A DNA stretch of 64,000 bases, taken from the NCBI RefSeq assembly GCF_006345805.1, contig NC_042997.1, forward strand, positions 10,478,001 to 10,542,000, given 5' to 3'. Origin of the DNA: Octopus sinensis. Its lineage: Eukaryota. Position 1 is the stretch's first letter, and each line of letters starts with the position of its first letter. The position numbers and the translations under genes are program-made. Under the pieces are notes generated by a model that was not told the DNA's origin, did no database searches, and worked only from the letters and a program-made list of their open reading frames with translations. Below, one piece after another: positions 44,001-57,199 of this stretch.

Positions 44001-44235
44001 CTTAGGCGGCGAGCTGGCAGAATCGTTAGCAGGCCGGGCGAAATGCGTTGCCGTATTTCGTCTGCCCTTACGTTCTGAGTTCAAATTCCGCCGAGGTCGA
44101 CTTTGCCTTTCATCCTTTCGGGGTCGATAAATTAAGTATCAGTTACGCACTGGGGTCGATATAATCGACTTAATACCTATGTCTGTCCTTGTTTGTCCCT
44201 TCTGCGTTTAGCCCCTTGTGGGTAGTAAAGAAATA
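44001..44235 (+). mobile_element. Full-length family-M SINE
   Basis: 16-bp TSD ggtactta(a/t)atattaa at 43985-44000 and 44236-44251. Confidence 0.93.
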
Positions 44236-44247
44236 GGTACTTATATA

Positions 44248-44464
44248 TTAATGACTTGTAGAGACATGGCATTTTGTTATGCAACCATGATATACAACAA
44301 TTTTTATGATATACTATAATTTCTATGGAAAATCTATAGAGATGACCATAACATGTGACTTAAGAGCATTGCTGACACAATAGTACATGATATTGACTTA
44401 TAAAATAGTTTAATATACGTTTTATTGTTGCATAACGAAATGCCGTGTCCCTACAAATCATTAA
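44248..44464. mobile_element. MITE, ~38-bp TIRs bounded by TTAA
   Basis: ttaatgacttgtagagacatggcattttgttatgcaac vs gttgcataacgaaatgccgtgtccctacaaatcattaa. Confidence 0.8.
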
Positions 44465-44911
44465 AATGTACGAGAATGTCGATTTTATGGAGTGAGTGAG
44501 CTAATGCACAAGAGATGCATTTAATCGTTGTAAACAAATCATTCGCGCAGGTTGTTCGGGAAAAACTGGAAACTCATACGTCGTCTTCAACAGAAAGATC
44601 AATCATGTATGTGTGTATATATGCGTGTGTGTGCGTGCGTGTGTGTTGTATGGGTGTGAATGTGTGCGTTTGTGTTGTGTGTGTGTTTGTGTTGTGCTCC
44701 TTGGTTCTCTAAACCATGCCTGTTCCCAAACAGGTTTAAAATTCATAGTAGTAACCAAGAATCTAACATAACTGCCGAACATTATTATTATAGATGACTG
44801 GTAAGATATAATGGTCTGAAATCAAATCCTATTGAGCAAGTCATATTTCACGTGTATCGCTAGTCACTAAACCTTTTTTTTTATTTTGTCTCTCTGCATA
44901 TTTCTGTGTTC

Positions 44912-44947
44912 CTTTCTGTTGAAGAGCGTAGGTTCGAAACGTAAAAG
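44912..44947 (+). ncRNA. Minimal type I hammerhead-like motif
   Basis: CTTT CTGTTGA a GAGC-gtag-GTTC GAAA CG TA / AAAG; ACGT palindromic stem III; A6 is U. Confidence 0.5.
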
Positions 44948-45064
44948 ATTTTCTCACTTTCCGAGCGTTAATCTAATACATCTGTTGTGTTACACACCCG
45001 TCTTCGTCTTTTTTTTTTTTTTGTAAATTCCAACTATATATGTGTGTGTGTGGTGTTGTATTAT

Positions 45065-45117
<53 letters not shown>

Positions 45118-45452
45118 CAGTGGTTCGGAGCAACTGAATTTTAGTCAGTCAATTGATAAGCTCCACCACCGCAAATGTTGTTAAAATTTAAATCCACATC
45201 TTTGTCTATATATCTACCTTCTTTATAATGTTACCACTTGATATGAACATTATGTATTAATGGAAAACTTCTATTAATGGCTGATGAGTGCTCAGCATTT
45301 TAAAACTGTTGTAATACTTACAACATTTAATAAAATGATGTAGTTGCTTATTTTGATTATAATCACCCCATGGATTTATATGGATAACACCATACAGAAT
45401 TCTGGTGCATCTAACTTAAGTACATATTCATTTGAATCTAAATTTTGCTGAA

Positions 45453-45496
<44 letters not shown>

Positions 45497-45498
<2 letters not shown>

Positions 45499-45797
45499 CG
45501 TGACCGCCCAGGCTATCATATATTGCAACACATCGCTGGTCACAATGCGCTTCGCATTGTTTTAGCCTTCAAATGACGCCACACCGCTGGCTAAGCGAGC
45601 TGGCCAACAGAAGAAAGAGTGAGAGGAAGTTGTGCTGAAAATGTACAGCAGGGATTGCCACCACCCTCTGCCGGAGCCTCGTGGAGCTTTAGGTGTTTTC
45701 GCTCAATAAACACTCACAACGCCCGGTCTGGGAATCGAAACCGCGATCCTACCACCGCGAGTCTGCTGCCCTAACCACTGGGCCAGTGCACATCCAC
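45497..45797 (-). mobile_element. SINE, head A + third tail type Y
   Basis: Head matches 26798; tail (gaaggctaaaacaatgcgaagcgcattgtgaccagcgatg) differs from bodies V and X. Confidence 0.85.
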
Positions 45798-46379
45798 ACA
45801 CACACACATACACACACACACAACAACACACCACACTACCCACATACACACACCACACACACGCACACACACACACCACACACACACACACCACACACAA
45901 CACACACACATATATATATATATATTATAATATATATATATAATACATATATATATATATATATATATAACACAAAACAACATCAATATCTCTATCACCA
46001 CGGAAATGTAGTAATTATATACCATGGATTGTCATTGTAAAATAGCAAGCAACTATTCAGCCGATTGCTCTTAAGAATAATTGAATTCGGAATAGAAACC
46101 TGTTGAAATCTGCCGGGAGATCGACTGAATAATAGATATCTGTAAAGGAAAAAAACGACACTAATTGCTTATCATTCTTTATATAGCTTTTAAACTAAAT
46201 ATTTTGAAAGGAAATAATGCATATAAAAGAAAACGGTGACTAAATATGATAAATCTAATTAAGGATATGACATTGTAACATTTTGAAGGGATCTGTATTA
46301 GTAATATTTTAGAGAAAAAAAGAAGTTTTAAAAGATTTATTTTTAATTCTAATGATAATAACCTGATAAAAAAAAAAAG

Positions 46380-46697
46380 ACTCCGCCGGGTACGACGACG
46401 AGGGTCCCAGCTGATACGATCAACGGAACAGCTTGCTCGTGAAATAACGTGCAAATGGCTGAGCATTCCACAGACACGTGTACCCTTTAACGTAGTTCTC
46501 GGGATAATCAGCGTGACACAGAGAGTGACAGGCTGACCCTTTGAAATACAAGTACAACTCATTTTTGCCAGCTGAGTGGACTGGAGCAACGTGAAATGAA
46601 GTGTCTTGCTCAAGGACACAACGCGTCGCCGGGAATCGAACTCACAAACTTACGATCATGAGCCGAATGCCCTAACCACTAAGCCACGCGCCCTCAC
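46380..46697 (-). mobile_element. SINE, head B + CORE-like + body X
   Basis: Full length; 3' half matches 27020-27181, 5' half matches 20440-20581. Confidence 0.9.
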
Positions 46698-47879
46698 TAA
46701 TAACTTGATAAATATAGAACAAAGACACTATCAGAGTTGTTTTGGAATTCACTACAGAAAGTAAATATCGAAAACAAGTCTAAGTGCATAATTGATACTG
46801 TTGTTATTTAGTCCTAAATTAATGTTCGTTGACAATATCTGAGATCAAAGCTGTTCCAGCCATGACCGTCCTGTCATATATATATATATTCTATTTTTTT
46901 CTTTTATTGTTTTATATGTTTTATATGTTTCAGACCCGAGGACTTATTCTTTGTAAGGGCATTACTTATTCTATTGGGGTCTTACGCCGAACCGCTAAGT
47001 TACGGAGATGTAAAAACACCAGCATCGGTTGTCAAGCGAAAAATTATACATAATGCCAGATAAGAAAATAAGCTTATAAGGAAAAAAGTCTTAGTATGTT
47101 TACTCATACGTGAGTAGAGGCATAATTGCACATTAGTATAGATAGATATAGGAATTCTAGTTGTTTTTTGATTAGGGTATACATAAAAAAAGAAACACCG
47201 TACAAAAGTATCATACCGGTGCCGAGAGAAAAGGCACAAACATTTAAAAAAATAGTAGTAGTATATATATATGTGTACATGCGAAACATGCGTATATACA
47301 CAGATATATACGCTCGTATTAAAAGATACATGTTAGTGGCAACATATAGTAAATAAACACAAAATAATAGATATACACACACAGATGACGTATAAAGATC
47401 CATACCTAGATATGCACGCATGGTTGTTAACATGTAGGACACCAAGAAGTACTATATGTGCATACATGTTTGCATATATCAGCAGTAAAATATATTCATT
47501 ATCAGGTATAGTGACAATTAACATAAACCATTAATAGTTAGAAAGGGTATGTTGAGGAGGTTTAAATGGACACATTATACAAATAAAATAAAATACGAAA
47601 AATTAGAGGTATATTATATGCTAAGGAAATATATAATTTTTTTTTAAATAAAGCCGACATATTGAGAGAAAAGGAAGAGATTGAAAAAGTGTTAGCCCTA
47701 TGTATGGTGGGTCATGCAATTGTTAGAAGGAAATGTTAAATAAAAGATACCAAGATAAATTAAGATATAGTGATGCAAAGTGGATGTGATGAGTAATCGT
47801 ATTCCATAGAAAAAGATAATATATAGAAATATTTTTAAAAATCACCAAACACTAATCTAAGCAAGTGGGAAGTGAAGAA

Positions 47880-49445
47880 TTATTTCAGATTGATAAGTAG
47901 GAATTTAGTCATGTGTTTACATGAGAAAACTTTTTCATCCTTAGTATTAACCAACTTTCCATTATTTCTCATTATGCTATAGCATTCTTCCATACACAAC
48001 CTACACATTTTATTATTATTTCTGTAAGAGGAATTGAGAAATCAATATTGTTTCTTTTGAAGTGCCAATTTCTTTTAGATAGACCTTGCTATTCTCTTTT
48101 CTAGAGTCCCTAAAAGAAGATCTGTGATTATAAATTCTCGATTTAAGTGAAATTTTCGTGCAACCAACGTAAAGGAGTCCTGAGTAATAATAGTTGCTTT
48201 GTATACAACGTCTTCCATTTTGCAATTTCTATCTACTTCACGGGTATTTGCGTCTCTACAATTACAATTTAAATTCGTGAGTGGTACTATGGTGTTAGGC
48301 CTATATTTATTACGGGTAATAGAGTTCTGGTTATTATCATTATAGTAGTTATTAATTATAGGATTATTGGAGGTTCTAGGTACATTTATCGTAGTTTACT
48401 TATTATAGAATAGATCCAGTTTCTTATTGTTAAAAGAAGGGATTATCCTAAATAGATTTGGAGAGACTGAAAATCCAAATCTAATTTCATTATTAAATAT
48501 TTTAGCATATTTAGAGATTTTGAAGTTTTCATTAATTATCATTCTAATGGATCTAATTAAGTTAGATTTTAGATGTTTGGCAAAAGGGATTATGTAGTGT
48601 TATTGCCGTTGTCTATTGGAATGATGGGTTGCGTTTGGCGGGAGGGATTAGCTATTCTCACACAAGGTATTGTTTTCTTTTTTGCTATTCTATTCCCATC
48701 TATATTAATTTGAGTTCTATGGTTATGTATATTATTGAAGGAATTAGATGAGTTTAGATTATTTTCGTGTTTTCTGTTTATTGGTTTAACATTCCTATTT
48801 TTATCGTATAATTATACAGTTTTGGTGTTTGCTGTCAGTAATCTTAAGTTTATTAATATTAATATTAGTGTGGGAATTGCTAAAATTTATATTATATTTT
48901 CATTCAATAAAGTTATGGTTATGGTGCTCGTATTGATTAACTTTATTAGTATGCTTATTGTAGTTGTGATTTTCATGTTTTTTGCTAAAGTTATGTTGAT
49001 GATTATCATTGAGAATTTTTTATACGTTTATTGGAGTGTACCGATTCATCAGGTTACTTAGGTTCACTAATATTATCTACGTTATTCATTACAAGATAAC
49101 GTTTGGTATTATTAGTATTGATACTGTCGTTTTTATTATACTTAATTTCACATTTATATCCTGTCTTATTCAGTGCTTCATTATAGTAGTCTTTATGTTT
49201 GTTAAATATTCCTTCATTAGATGATAATAGATTAATTCTTCTCTCAATGTTAGTGGTCAAGTTTTCTATAATGTTATATGGATGGTTACTCTGTGCGTTT
49301 ATGTATGCGATATTGTTGTTAGGTTTATGGTAAGGCTGGTGGGTAGAAGTATTGAGATTGAAGTTCACGTCTAGGAAGTTCACAGAGTTGTTATCTTTTT
49401 CAAAGGTAATGCATAGTCCTTGATGTTTAAAAAAATTGTGTTTAA
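47880..49445 (-). pseudogene. 5'-truncated Penelope-like element ORF (RT thumb, linker, GIY-YIG endonuclease)
   Basis: SVNFLDVNFNL...YHKPNN...YINAQSNHP...IERRINLLSS; LYVGCTKISLKSRIYNHRSSF; C-terminal CRLCMEE...CKHMTKFLL*. Confidence 0.88.
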
Positions 49446-49546
49446 ATGGACTCATTATGCAAATAAATATATGTATGTATATAAGCACACCCGTGTATAG
49501 CGATATGTATTTGAATATGTATATATGTGCGTGGGTGTGGGTGTAC

Positions 49547-49582
<36 letters not shown>

Positions 49583-49583
49583 A

Positions 49584-50001
49584 TTCTTTTATTCTTTTTC
49601 TTGTTTCAGTCATTTGATTGCGGCCATGCAGGAGTACCACCTTTAGTCGAACAAATCGACCTCAGGACTTACTCTTTGTCAGCCTAGTACTTATTCTATC
49701 GGGGGGGTCTTTTGAATGCTTTTGAATCGAAAGCTATTGATGGAAACTGTGTGGAAGACCGTTGTGCGAGTGAGACAGAGAGAGAGTGTGTGTGTGTGTG
49801 TGTTTGTGTGTGTGTGTCTGTGTGTGTGTGTGTGTGTGTGTGTTTGTACATGTGTGCGCTGACGTGTTTATAAATAAATATATATATATATATGTATATG
49901 TATATAAACACATAAGTTGCAGAGACGTAAACACACCAACATCGGTTGTTAAGTGATGGAGGTGGGCAGGGGAGGGACAAATTCAGACACACTAACATAT
50001 A

Positions 50002-50044
<43 letters not shown>

Positions 50045-50273
50045 ATACATCATACATATACATACATACATACATACATACTACATACATACACATACAT
50101 ACACACATATACGACGGGCTTCTTTCAGTTTCCGTCTACCAAATTTAATCACAAGGCTTTGGTCAGCCCAAGACTATAATAGAAGACACTTGCCCAAATG
50201 CCATGCAGTAGGACTGAACCCGGAACCATGTGGTTGGGAAGTAAGCTTCTAACCACAAAGCCACACCTGTGCC
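49584..50273 (-). mobile_element. Family-C SINE (tRNA head + CORE-like + internal microsatellite + 3' module)
   Basis: Head gtggctttgtggttagaagcttacttcccaaccacatggttccggg; ttgggcaagtgtcttc; tail gcatggccgcaatcaaatgactgaaacaag. Confidence 0.85.
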
Positions 50274-50329
50274 TATGTATATATGAGTGTATGTGTGTAT
50301 GTGTGTATGCATGTGTAAATATATATATA

Positions 50330-50332
50330 TTT

Positions 50333-50385
<53 letters not shown>

Positions 50386-50423
50386 CATATATATATACAT
50401 ATTATACTACATATAATATATAC

Positions 50424-50454
<31 letters not shown>

Positions 50455-51482
50455 TATAGCTATATACATCACACAACACACACAGATCCATACGTATATA
50501 TTACGAATATATACACATCGACATATGCGTATTTTATATATACATACATCGAGACATAAACACATACATGCATACAGACATACATACATACATACATACA
50601 TACATACATACATACATACATACATACATACATACATACCATACATACATTAGATATTAGCAAAGTGTTTGAATATCGGCGAGAAACCCGAAACACCTGT
50701 GCTTCTCGAGCGAAGTCTCTCGAGATATTTATTCACCACTTGTAATATAAAATAAATACACAAAATAAGAAATGTATTGATATTGGTTTGGTTGATTGGA
50801 GTAGACTGCTAAAATGGGAATGATGCCGTGAGAGAAAAGTGATAGGAAAGCAGTTGCAATGAACACTTTGAATAGTCAGCTAACGGTTGTGTGATTATAC
50901 TGGACAGATAATTCCGTGTGTGTATAATTCTGTGCATCGATGTACAATAGCGTGTGCGCATGCGCATGTAGGTGTGGATGTGAATGTATATGCGTTTGTG
51001 TGCGTGTGCTTGAGTTTGTGTGTGTATGTGTGTTGTTGTATATATCAACGCTGTGGCTGAAGGATAATGTCTCAGGGGAGCTTCTTGCATACTATATACA
51101 AGCGCTGTACAGTCTCACATATGTGATGTAGTGAGTTGAAAGATTTCGCTTAAATGAGATTATCGGTGTAAATTGTAGACAAAATCTGAATCTGGAGGTG
51201 TTTATAATGCAAAAATAGAGAGATAATTTTATTAAGAAGAATTGATCGATATTTTTGGACAATATATAACATGTATTTTGGCGTTGGTCTGGCTTGTAAG
51301 CTAAATCGTAGCAGCCATGACTTGCTCCTGTCTTATCCTACATTCTCAGCTAAGCATATACTATTCATTTCCAAAGGCTAAGCGTAATCTCTCTCTATCT
51401 ATCTATCTCTATCTATCTATCTCTATCTATCTCTATATACCTCTCTCTCTTCTTTCTTTATCTCTCTCTCTCTCTCTCTCTC

Positions 51483-51533
<51 letters not shown>

Positions 51534-51936
51534 TCTGTGTGTCTATGTCCTTGTGTCTGTATATATATATATATTATATATTATATATATATATTATATA
51601 GCTAGCTAGACTAGATAGATAGATAGATAGATATAGATATAGATATAGACATAGATATAGATATACATACATATATATATATACACACACACGCACACCC
51701 ACATACACATATACAATGCATACATGCACAAAAGGGTGCAGAGCGCACACCACACACATATAGTATACAAACACGCATACGTATACACATTCATGAAACG
51801 ATTTAGTGTGGAATTGGTGCTCAAAATGCTCGCTTGTTCTATTAGTGGATACTGCCGCCGCCGATGCTGCTGCTGCTGCTGCTGCTGCTGTGATGATGAT
51901 GATGATGATGATGATGAAGACGACGACGACGACGAC

Positions 51937-52012
<76 letters not shown>

Positions 52013-52045
52013 ATGATGATGATGGTGGTGGTGATGATGATGATT
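50330..52045. repeat. TA/TACA/CT/GATA tracts and (GCT)(GAT)(GAC)(GGT) trinucleotide array (51855-52045)
   Basis: Direct reading. Confidence 0.93.
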
Positions 52046-52726
52046 TGGGATATTAATGGTTTTGGTGTTAGTGGCGTCGGCAGCAGCGAAGTTGGCGATC
52101 GGTAATATACTTATGCTCGTATTACAACCTAGGGACATGTTTTACATGACTATGTTTACACCAGTGTACTGTCTTCATTAGAATTCCAACATAAACGCTA
52201 AATCAAATTAACATCAAATCAAACATTAATCACCACGGACATACCCAAGGTGGTTTACATTCGACAGGACAGCGTTATACAAACAATAATACGGTGGTTG
52301 ACATATCTCTGGTTCAATATCTTATGGATAACATCGATAAAGTTCGTTTATAACATATAACAAATGATTGATGTAAAGAACACTCGATATTTCGATTCAG
52401 ATATTTACTTCTATTCGGATATATTGTGAATATATACACATTCGCGCATACATACATACGTACATACGTACGTACATACATACATATATACATACATACA
52501 TACATTGTTAAGGTGGCTATTCGCAATTTAGAACCGATAGGCAAGGAGTACAGTCATCACTAATGTGACAGAGAGTGCTTGTAAGCACCACATTGGTAGA
52601 AATAAGACGCAAAGAGCTCTTACCCACGTGACAGCATTTTTCTAACAGCTGACAAGGGAGATATTCTCCCTCCCCGCGACAAGCGAGATGGAGTCAATAT
52701 ATATATATATATATTAGAGTCAATAG

Positions 52727-53117
52727 TCTTTTATTTTTTTACTTGTTTCAATCATTTGATTGTGGCCAAGCTGGAGCACCGCCTTTAGTCGAATAAATCG
52801 ACTTATTTTTGTAAGCCTAACACTTATTTTTGCCGAACCGCTAAGTAACGGGGATCTAAACACACCAGCATCGGTTGTCAAGCGATGATGGGGAGACAAA
52901 CACAGACACAAATAACAAATACATACATATATACACACATACACACACATATATATATATATATATATACGACGGGCTTCTTTCAGTTTCCGTCTACAAA
53001 ATCCACTCACAAGGCTTTGGTCGGTCCGAGGCGATAGTAGAAGACACCTGCCCAAGGTGCCACGCAGTGGAAATGAACCCGGAACCATGTGGTTGGGAAG
53101 CAAACTTTTTTACCACA
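52727..53117 (-). mobile_element. Family-C SINE
   Basis: Same modules as 49584-50273 with a shorter internal repeat. Confidence 0.88.
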
Positions 53118-53372
53118 TCAACTATATACACTTCACGCACGCACAAAATGTATTTGCCGGTAGGCCGCGACCTACGTGATGATGGAGAATACTTCCTCAA
53201 AGCGCCGGGTGTTAAAACACCCGAAAGTCATGAATGGGCAGGATAACTCACTTCTAATCCCACCTAGAGTGATGGACATTACTGTTTCGCCATGTTTATG
53301 AGTTATTAACACCACGTGTATATAGATGTGCGTGTATGTATGTATGTGTGTGTGGTGTGTGTGTGTGTGTGT

Positions 53373-53415
<43 letters not shown>

Positions 53416-53467
53416 CGTGTGCGTGTGTGTGTGGTGCTATTTTATTAATGCAGAAAAAGACTTCGCT

Positions 53468-53578
53468 ACTGTTGCTCAGAGTTTTCACATGATCATTCCT
53501 CAGACAGTTGTGATGATACTAGATAATAGAGTATTATCACAACTGCCTGAGAAATGATCACGTGAAACTGAGTAACAA
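53468..53578. ncRNA. Palindrome of two decayed hammerhead copies
   Basis: Minus: ACTGT CTGAGGA atgatcatgt GAAA actctgag ca ACAGT. Plus: actgc CTGAGAA atgatcacgt GAAA ctgag TA acaat. Confidence 0.6.
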
Positions 53579-53692
53579 TCTGTGAAGATTCTTTCAGCTT
53601 TAATAAAATAGTATATTATGTTTGGTATTCGACTACTATTTTTCCGTTTAGTTTTGCACCTATATATTTACATGTGTGTATATATGTATATA

Positions 53693-53820
53693 AGCGCAGG
53701 AGAAATTGCTTCCCAACGACATGGTTCTGGGTTCAGTACCACTGCGTGGTACCTTGGGCAAGTGTCTTCTTCTGTAGCCTTGTGAGTGGATTTGATAGGC
53801 AGAAACTGAAAGCCCGTCAT
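53693..53820 (+). mobile_element. Family-C SINE head
   Basis: ttgcttcccaacgacatggttctgggttcagtaccactgcgtggtaccttgggcaagtgtc. Confidence 0.8.
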
Positions 53821-54137
53821 ATACACACACAACACACACCACACACACGCATATATAAAGAATATATATATATATATATATATAATATATATAATATAAT
53901 ATAATATACACAATATACATAATATATATATATATATTATATATTATAATATATATATATATATATATAATATATATATGTATATATATATATATGTATG
54001 TATATACACATGTATGTATGCCTATGTATATATGTGTATGTGCATCTGTACACACATACATATACACATATAGATATGTGCCTATATATTTGTGGTGTGT
54101 GTGTGTGTATGTGTGTGTGTGTGTGTGTGGTGTGTGT

Positions 54138-54168
<31 letters not shown>

Positions 54169-54623
54169 ATGTTTAGACATTAAATCTGCGAACAGAATGC
54201 ATAGCAATTATTTTCCTTTAGCGCACGAAGTTCAAATCTTGTCATCGTCAAATTTGTCTTCCTCCTTCCGAAGTCTATAAAAAAGCCGATACCAGTCCCA
54301 ATGTTGACACCGACCTCTCCCATCTCCCACTTTAGCTAATATATACGTAATGTCCGCTGAATGAAGTTTGGGGTGGCGAGGGTTCAAATGACTGCTTGTG
54401 TCTGTAAGCTATTACTCGGGTTTCTGAATCCATTAACGAAATCAAGATACATGATGATGCCATAACATCATCATTTGCGAATGGCAACTTATATACTATG
54501 ATTAATCCTTAATATATGTGTATGCCTGCGCATGTGTGTGCGAATATGTGTGCATATTATGTGTGCTTGTGTGTGAGCGCGCGTGCGTAAACTTTTATTA
54601 AAGCTGCAAAATTATCACAAAAC

Positions 54624-54659
54624 TGTTACTCAGAGTTTCACGTTCCCGTTCGTCGGACA
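54624..54659 (-). ncRNA. Type I hammerhead-like motif
   Basis: TGT CCGACGA ACG-ggaa-CGT GAAA CTCTGAG TA / ACA. Confidence 0.6.
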
Positions 54660-54824
54660 TTATTCATCACAACTTTAGTACAGTATTTTGTATTTTGATT
54701 ACAATTGTATTTTGTCTGTCAGCATGTCTAGTTCTGTCTGTAACCCGCCGAAAAATATATATCACTTTGGGTATATATTCCCACACTGATGAAGGGTAGG
54801 ATCTAAGTAAGGTCTTCTTTAGAC

Positions 54825-54931
54825 AATCACTTGAGGAAGCGCATTTTAACATTTGATTCATAAAAATGATTACACAATATTTCACCAATGTACTACGAGT
54901 GAGAAAATGTGTCGAAACAATTGTAGCGATT
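54825..54931 (+). ncRNA. Type I hammerhead-like motif with long stem II loop
   Basis: AATCAC TTGAGGA a GCGCATTTT...AAAATGTGTC GAAA CAATTG TA / GCGATT; palindromic stem III; C3 is U. Confidence 0.55.
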
Positions 54932-55154
54932 TTAAATAAAAAATAATGTTCATTTCATTTTCTCTCATTTATCTATTGATATGAACTCTACAGATACTAT
55001 AGAACTCCTGATGCATATCCAGTAGCAGCGACATTTCCACTTTATGATGACATCAGGTAACCAATAACTGGGGACTAGATTTGCATAGCGTATTACATGG
55101 TTTTTACCCGAATTTTATCTGTTAGTATCTATATTATATTTATGAAGAGAATCC

Positions 55155-55203
<49 letters not shown>

Positions 55204-55293
55204 ATATATATAAATAGATATATAAATATATATAAATACATACATACATACATACATACATACATACAATACATACATACATACATACATACA

Positions 55294-55325
<32 letters not shown>

Positions 55326-55334
55326 CTTCTCTCA

Positions 55335-55442
55335 CATCGGAGAGAGAAAATGAGAAAGAAGATATAGAAATGTAGTGTTGTAGAAATTTCTACATTTCTA
55401 TATTATCTTGTCCTTTTTCTTTTTCTTTTTCTGTCTCCGATG
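55335..55442. repeat. Imperfect hairpin next to (TACA)n
   Basis: catcggagagagaaaa...gatatagaaatgtag vs ctacatttctata...ttttctgtctccgatg. Confidence 0.75.
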
Positions 55443-55764
55443 ACGAAATACTTGGCTTACATGGAATTCTCAACTCAACAATATATGATCCACATGACTA
55501 GCTATTCTAGACGCACCCGTAATAGACCTCGCGTATTTTTTATAACTACTCTGCGGTATGTTTATAAGTTATCTTGGGTTGGATTTGAACTCAGAACATA
55601 AAATGTTTGAACAAATGCACAAGAGCTGACGGCTCTACCAGCACGTAGTACAAGTGGTGATTAATATAATAGAAGCAGGACCCTCCTTTTAATGGAAACT
55701 TTCCTATAAAGTAGTTATGAGAGAAACGGAAATTCCAGGAAACGAAAATGGATTATTGAATTGA

Positions 55765-55875
55765 TATTCACAGGCTTTCAGGTTCAGTATTACTGCGCTG
55801 CGCCTTGGACAAGTATCTCTTGCCATAACCCCGGGCCGACCGATGCCTTGTGAATATATTTGCCAGGCGGAACCT
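55765..55875 (-). mobile_element. Degraded family-C SINE head
   Basis: ggttcagtattactgcgctgcgccttggacaagtatctc...ccgggccgaccgatgccttgtgaat (orientation read from module order is uncertain). Confidence 0.6.
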
Positions 55876-55918
55876 ATGTATGTGTGTATATATGTTTATG
55901 TGTGTGTGTGTATATATA

Positions 55919-56216
55919 TTGTTTGTTCCTTCTCGAGCCACGCCTGGCTCATAGGGCCGGTTTCGCGGTTTCCTTGGATATAGGATTCCCCACCTGGACG
56001 GTACGCCGGTCCGTCGCAAGTAGGCTGCAAAATGCAGGATGAGGAAAGACTGACCACAAGTTGTGGCGAAAGAGTCAGCAGAAGTTCGCCATTACCCTCT
56101 GCCGGAGCCGCGTGGAGCTTAGGTGTTTCGCTCATAAACACACACATTGCCTGGTCTGAGATTCGAACGCGCGATCCCTCGACCGCGAGTCCGCTGTTCT
56201 AATCACTAGGCCATGC

Positions 56217-56217
<1 letters not shown>
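55919..56217 (-). mobile_element. SINE, head A + V-like body
   Basis: Matches 26156-26440. Confidence 0.9.
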
Positions 56218-56307
<90 letters not shown>

Positions 56308-56561
56308 ATAATATATATATATATATACAAATATATATATATATATATATACAAATATATATATATATATACAAAAATAGTTCCTTAGAGATAGAAACTA
56401 TGGGTTGTCGTAAAGCTATATTTACTCTAATATATGACTATATTATATATATATAATATATATATATATATAACATATATAATATGTGTGTGAGTGTGTA
56501 TGGGAGTACGTGTGTGTGTCTGTGTGTGCGTGCGTGCGTGCGGGTGTGTATGTGTGTGGAT

Positions 56562-56601
<40 letters not shown>

Positions 56602-57199
56602 TTGTGTTAGTCTACAACAAAGCCGAACATCTGATGCTGGTTTTTTTATGTCCATGTAACTTACCTGTTCGACAAAGAAAAACCAATGGAATTGGTACCT
56701 AAACTCAAAAAGAATAATTTTTTTTCGGCTAAACCCATGAAAGTAGTGCTTCAGTATGGTATCGGTGTAATGATTTTGGCAAGAATGAGATAAATAAGAA
56801 ATGGATGCTTTGCTTTAAATAAAACATATATATATATGGGGTTTTTAGAAGAGGATAAAATTACTAATAATTGTTAAATTTATTTAAGCAACTGGGAAGT
56901 GAGTTGACAAAATTGGTGGAATATTGGGGGGAAAACTAAGTAGTAATATTTCGTTGCAACCTTTGTTTATGCTCTGATTCCAAATCCTGTGGACGTTTGC
57001 TTTGACTTTCATCGTTGCAGAGTGTGTAGCCACTATCCTATCATATTCTTAAATGTGTGTTCCTGTTCCCAAGTTAGATAATTATTTTTATATTAGAAAT
57101 TATGTTCGTCATGTTAGTTTGTTTTTTTTTTGTTGTTTTTTGGTTTTTTTTGCTATCTTTCATTTACAGTTATTTAAAATGTTTTAACAAAAAAGCCAG

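Noticed and set aside
45275-45330. CTGATGAG followed by a short hairpin
   Set aside because: No GAAA and no stem I; not counted as a hammerhead.
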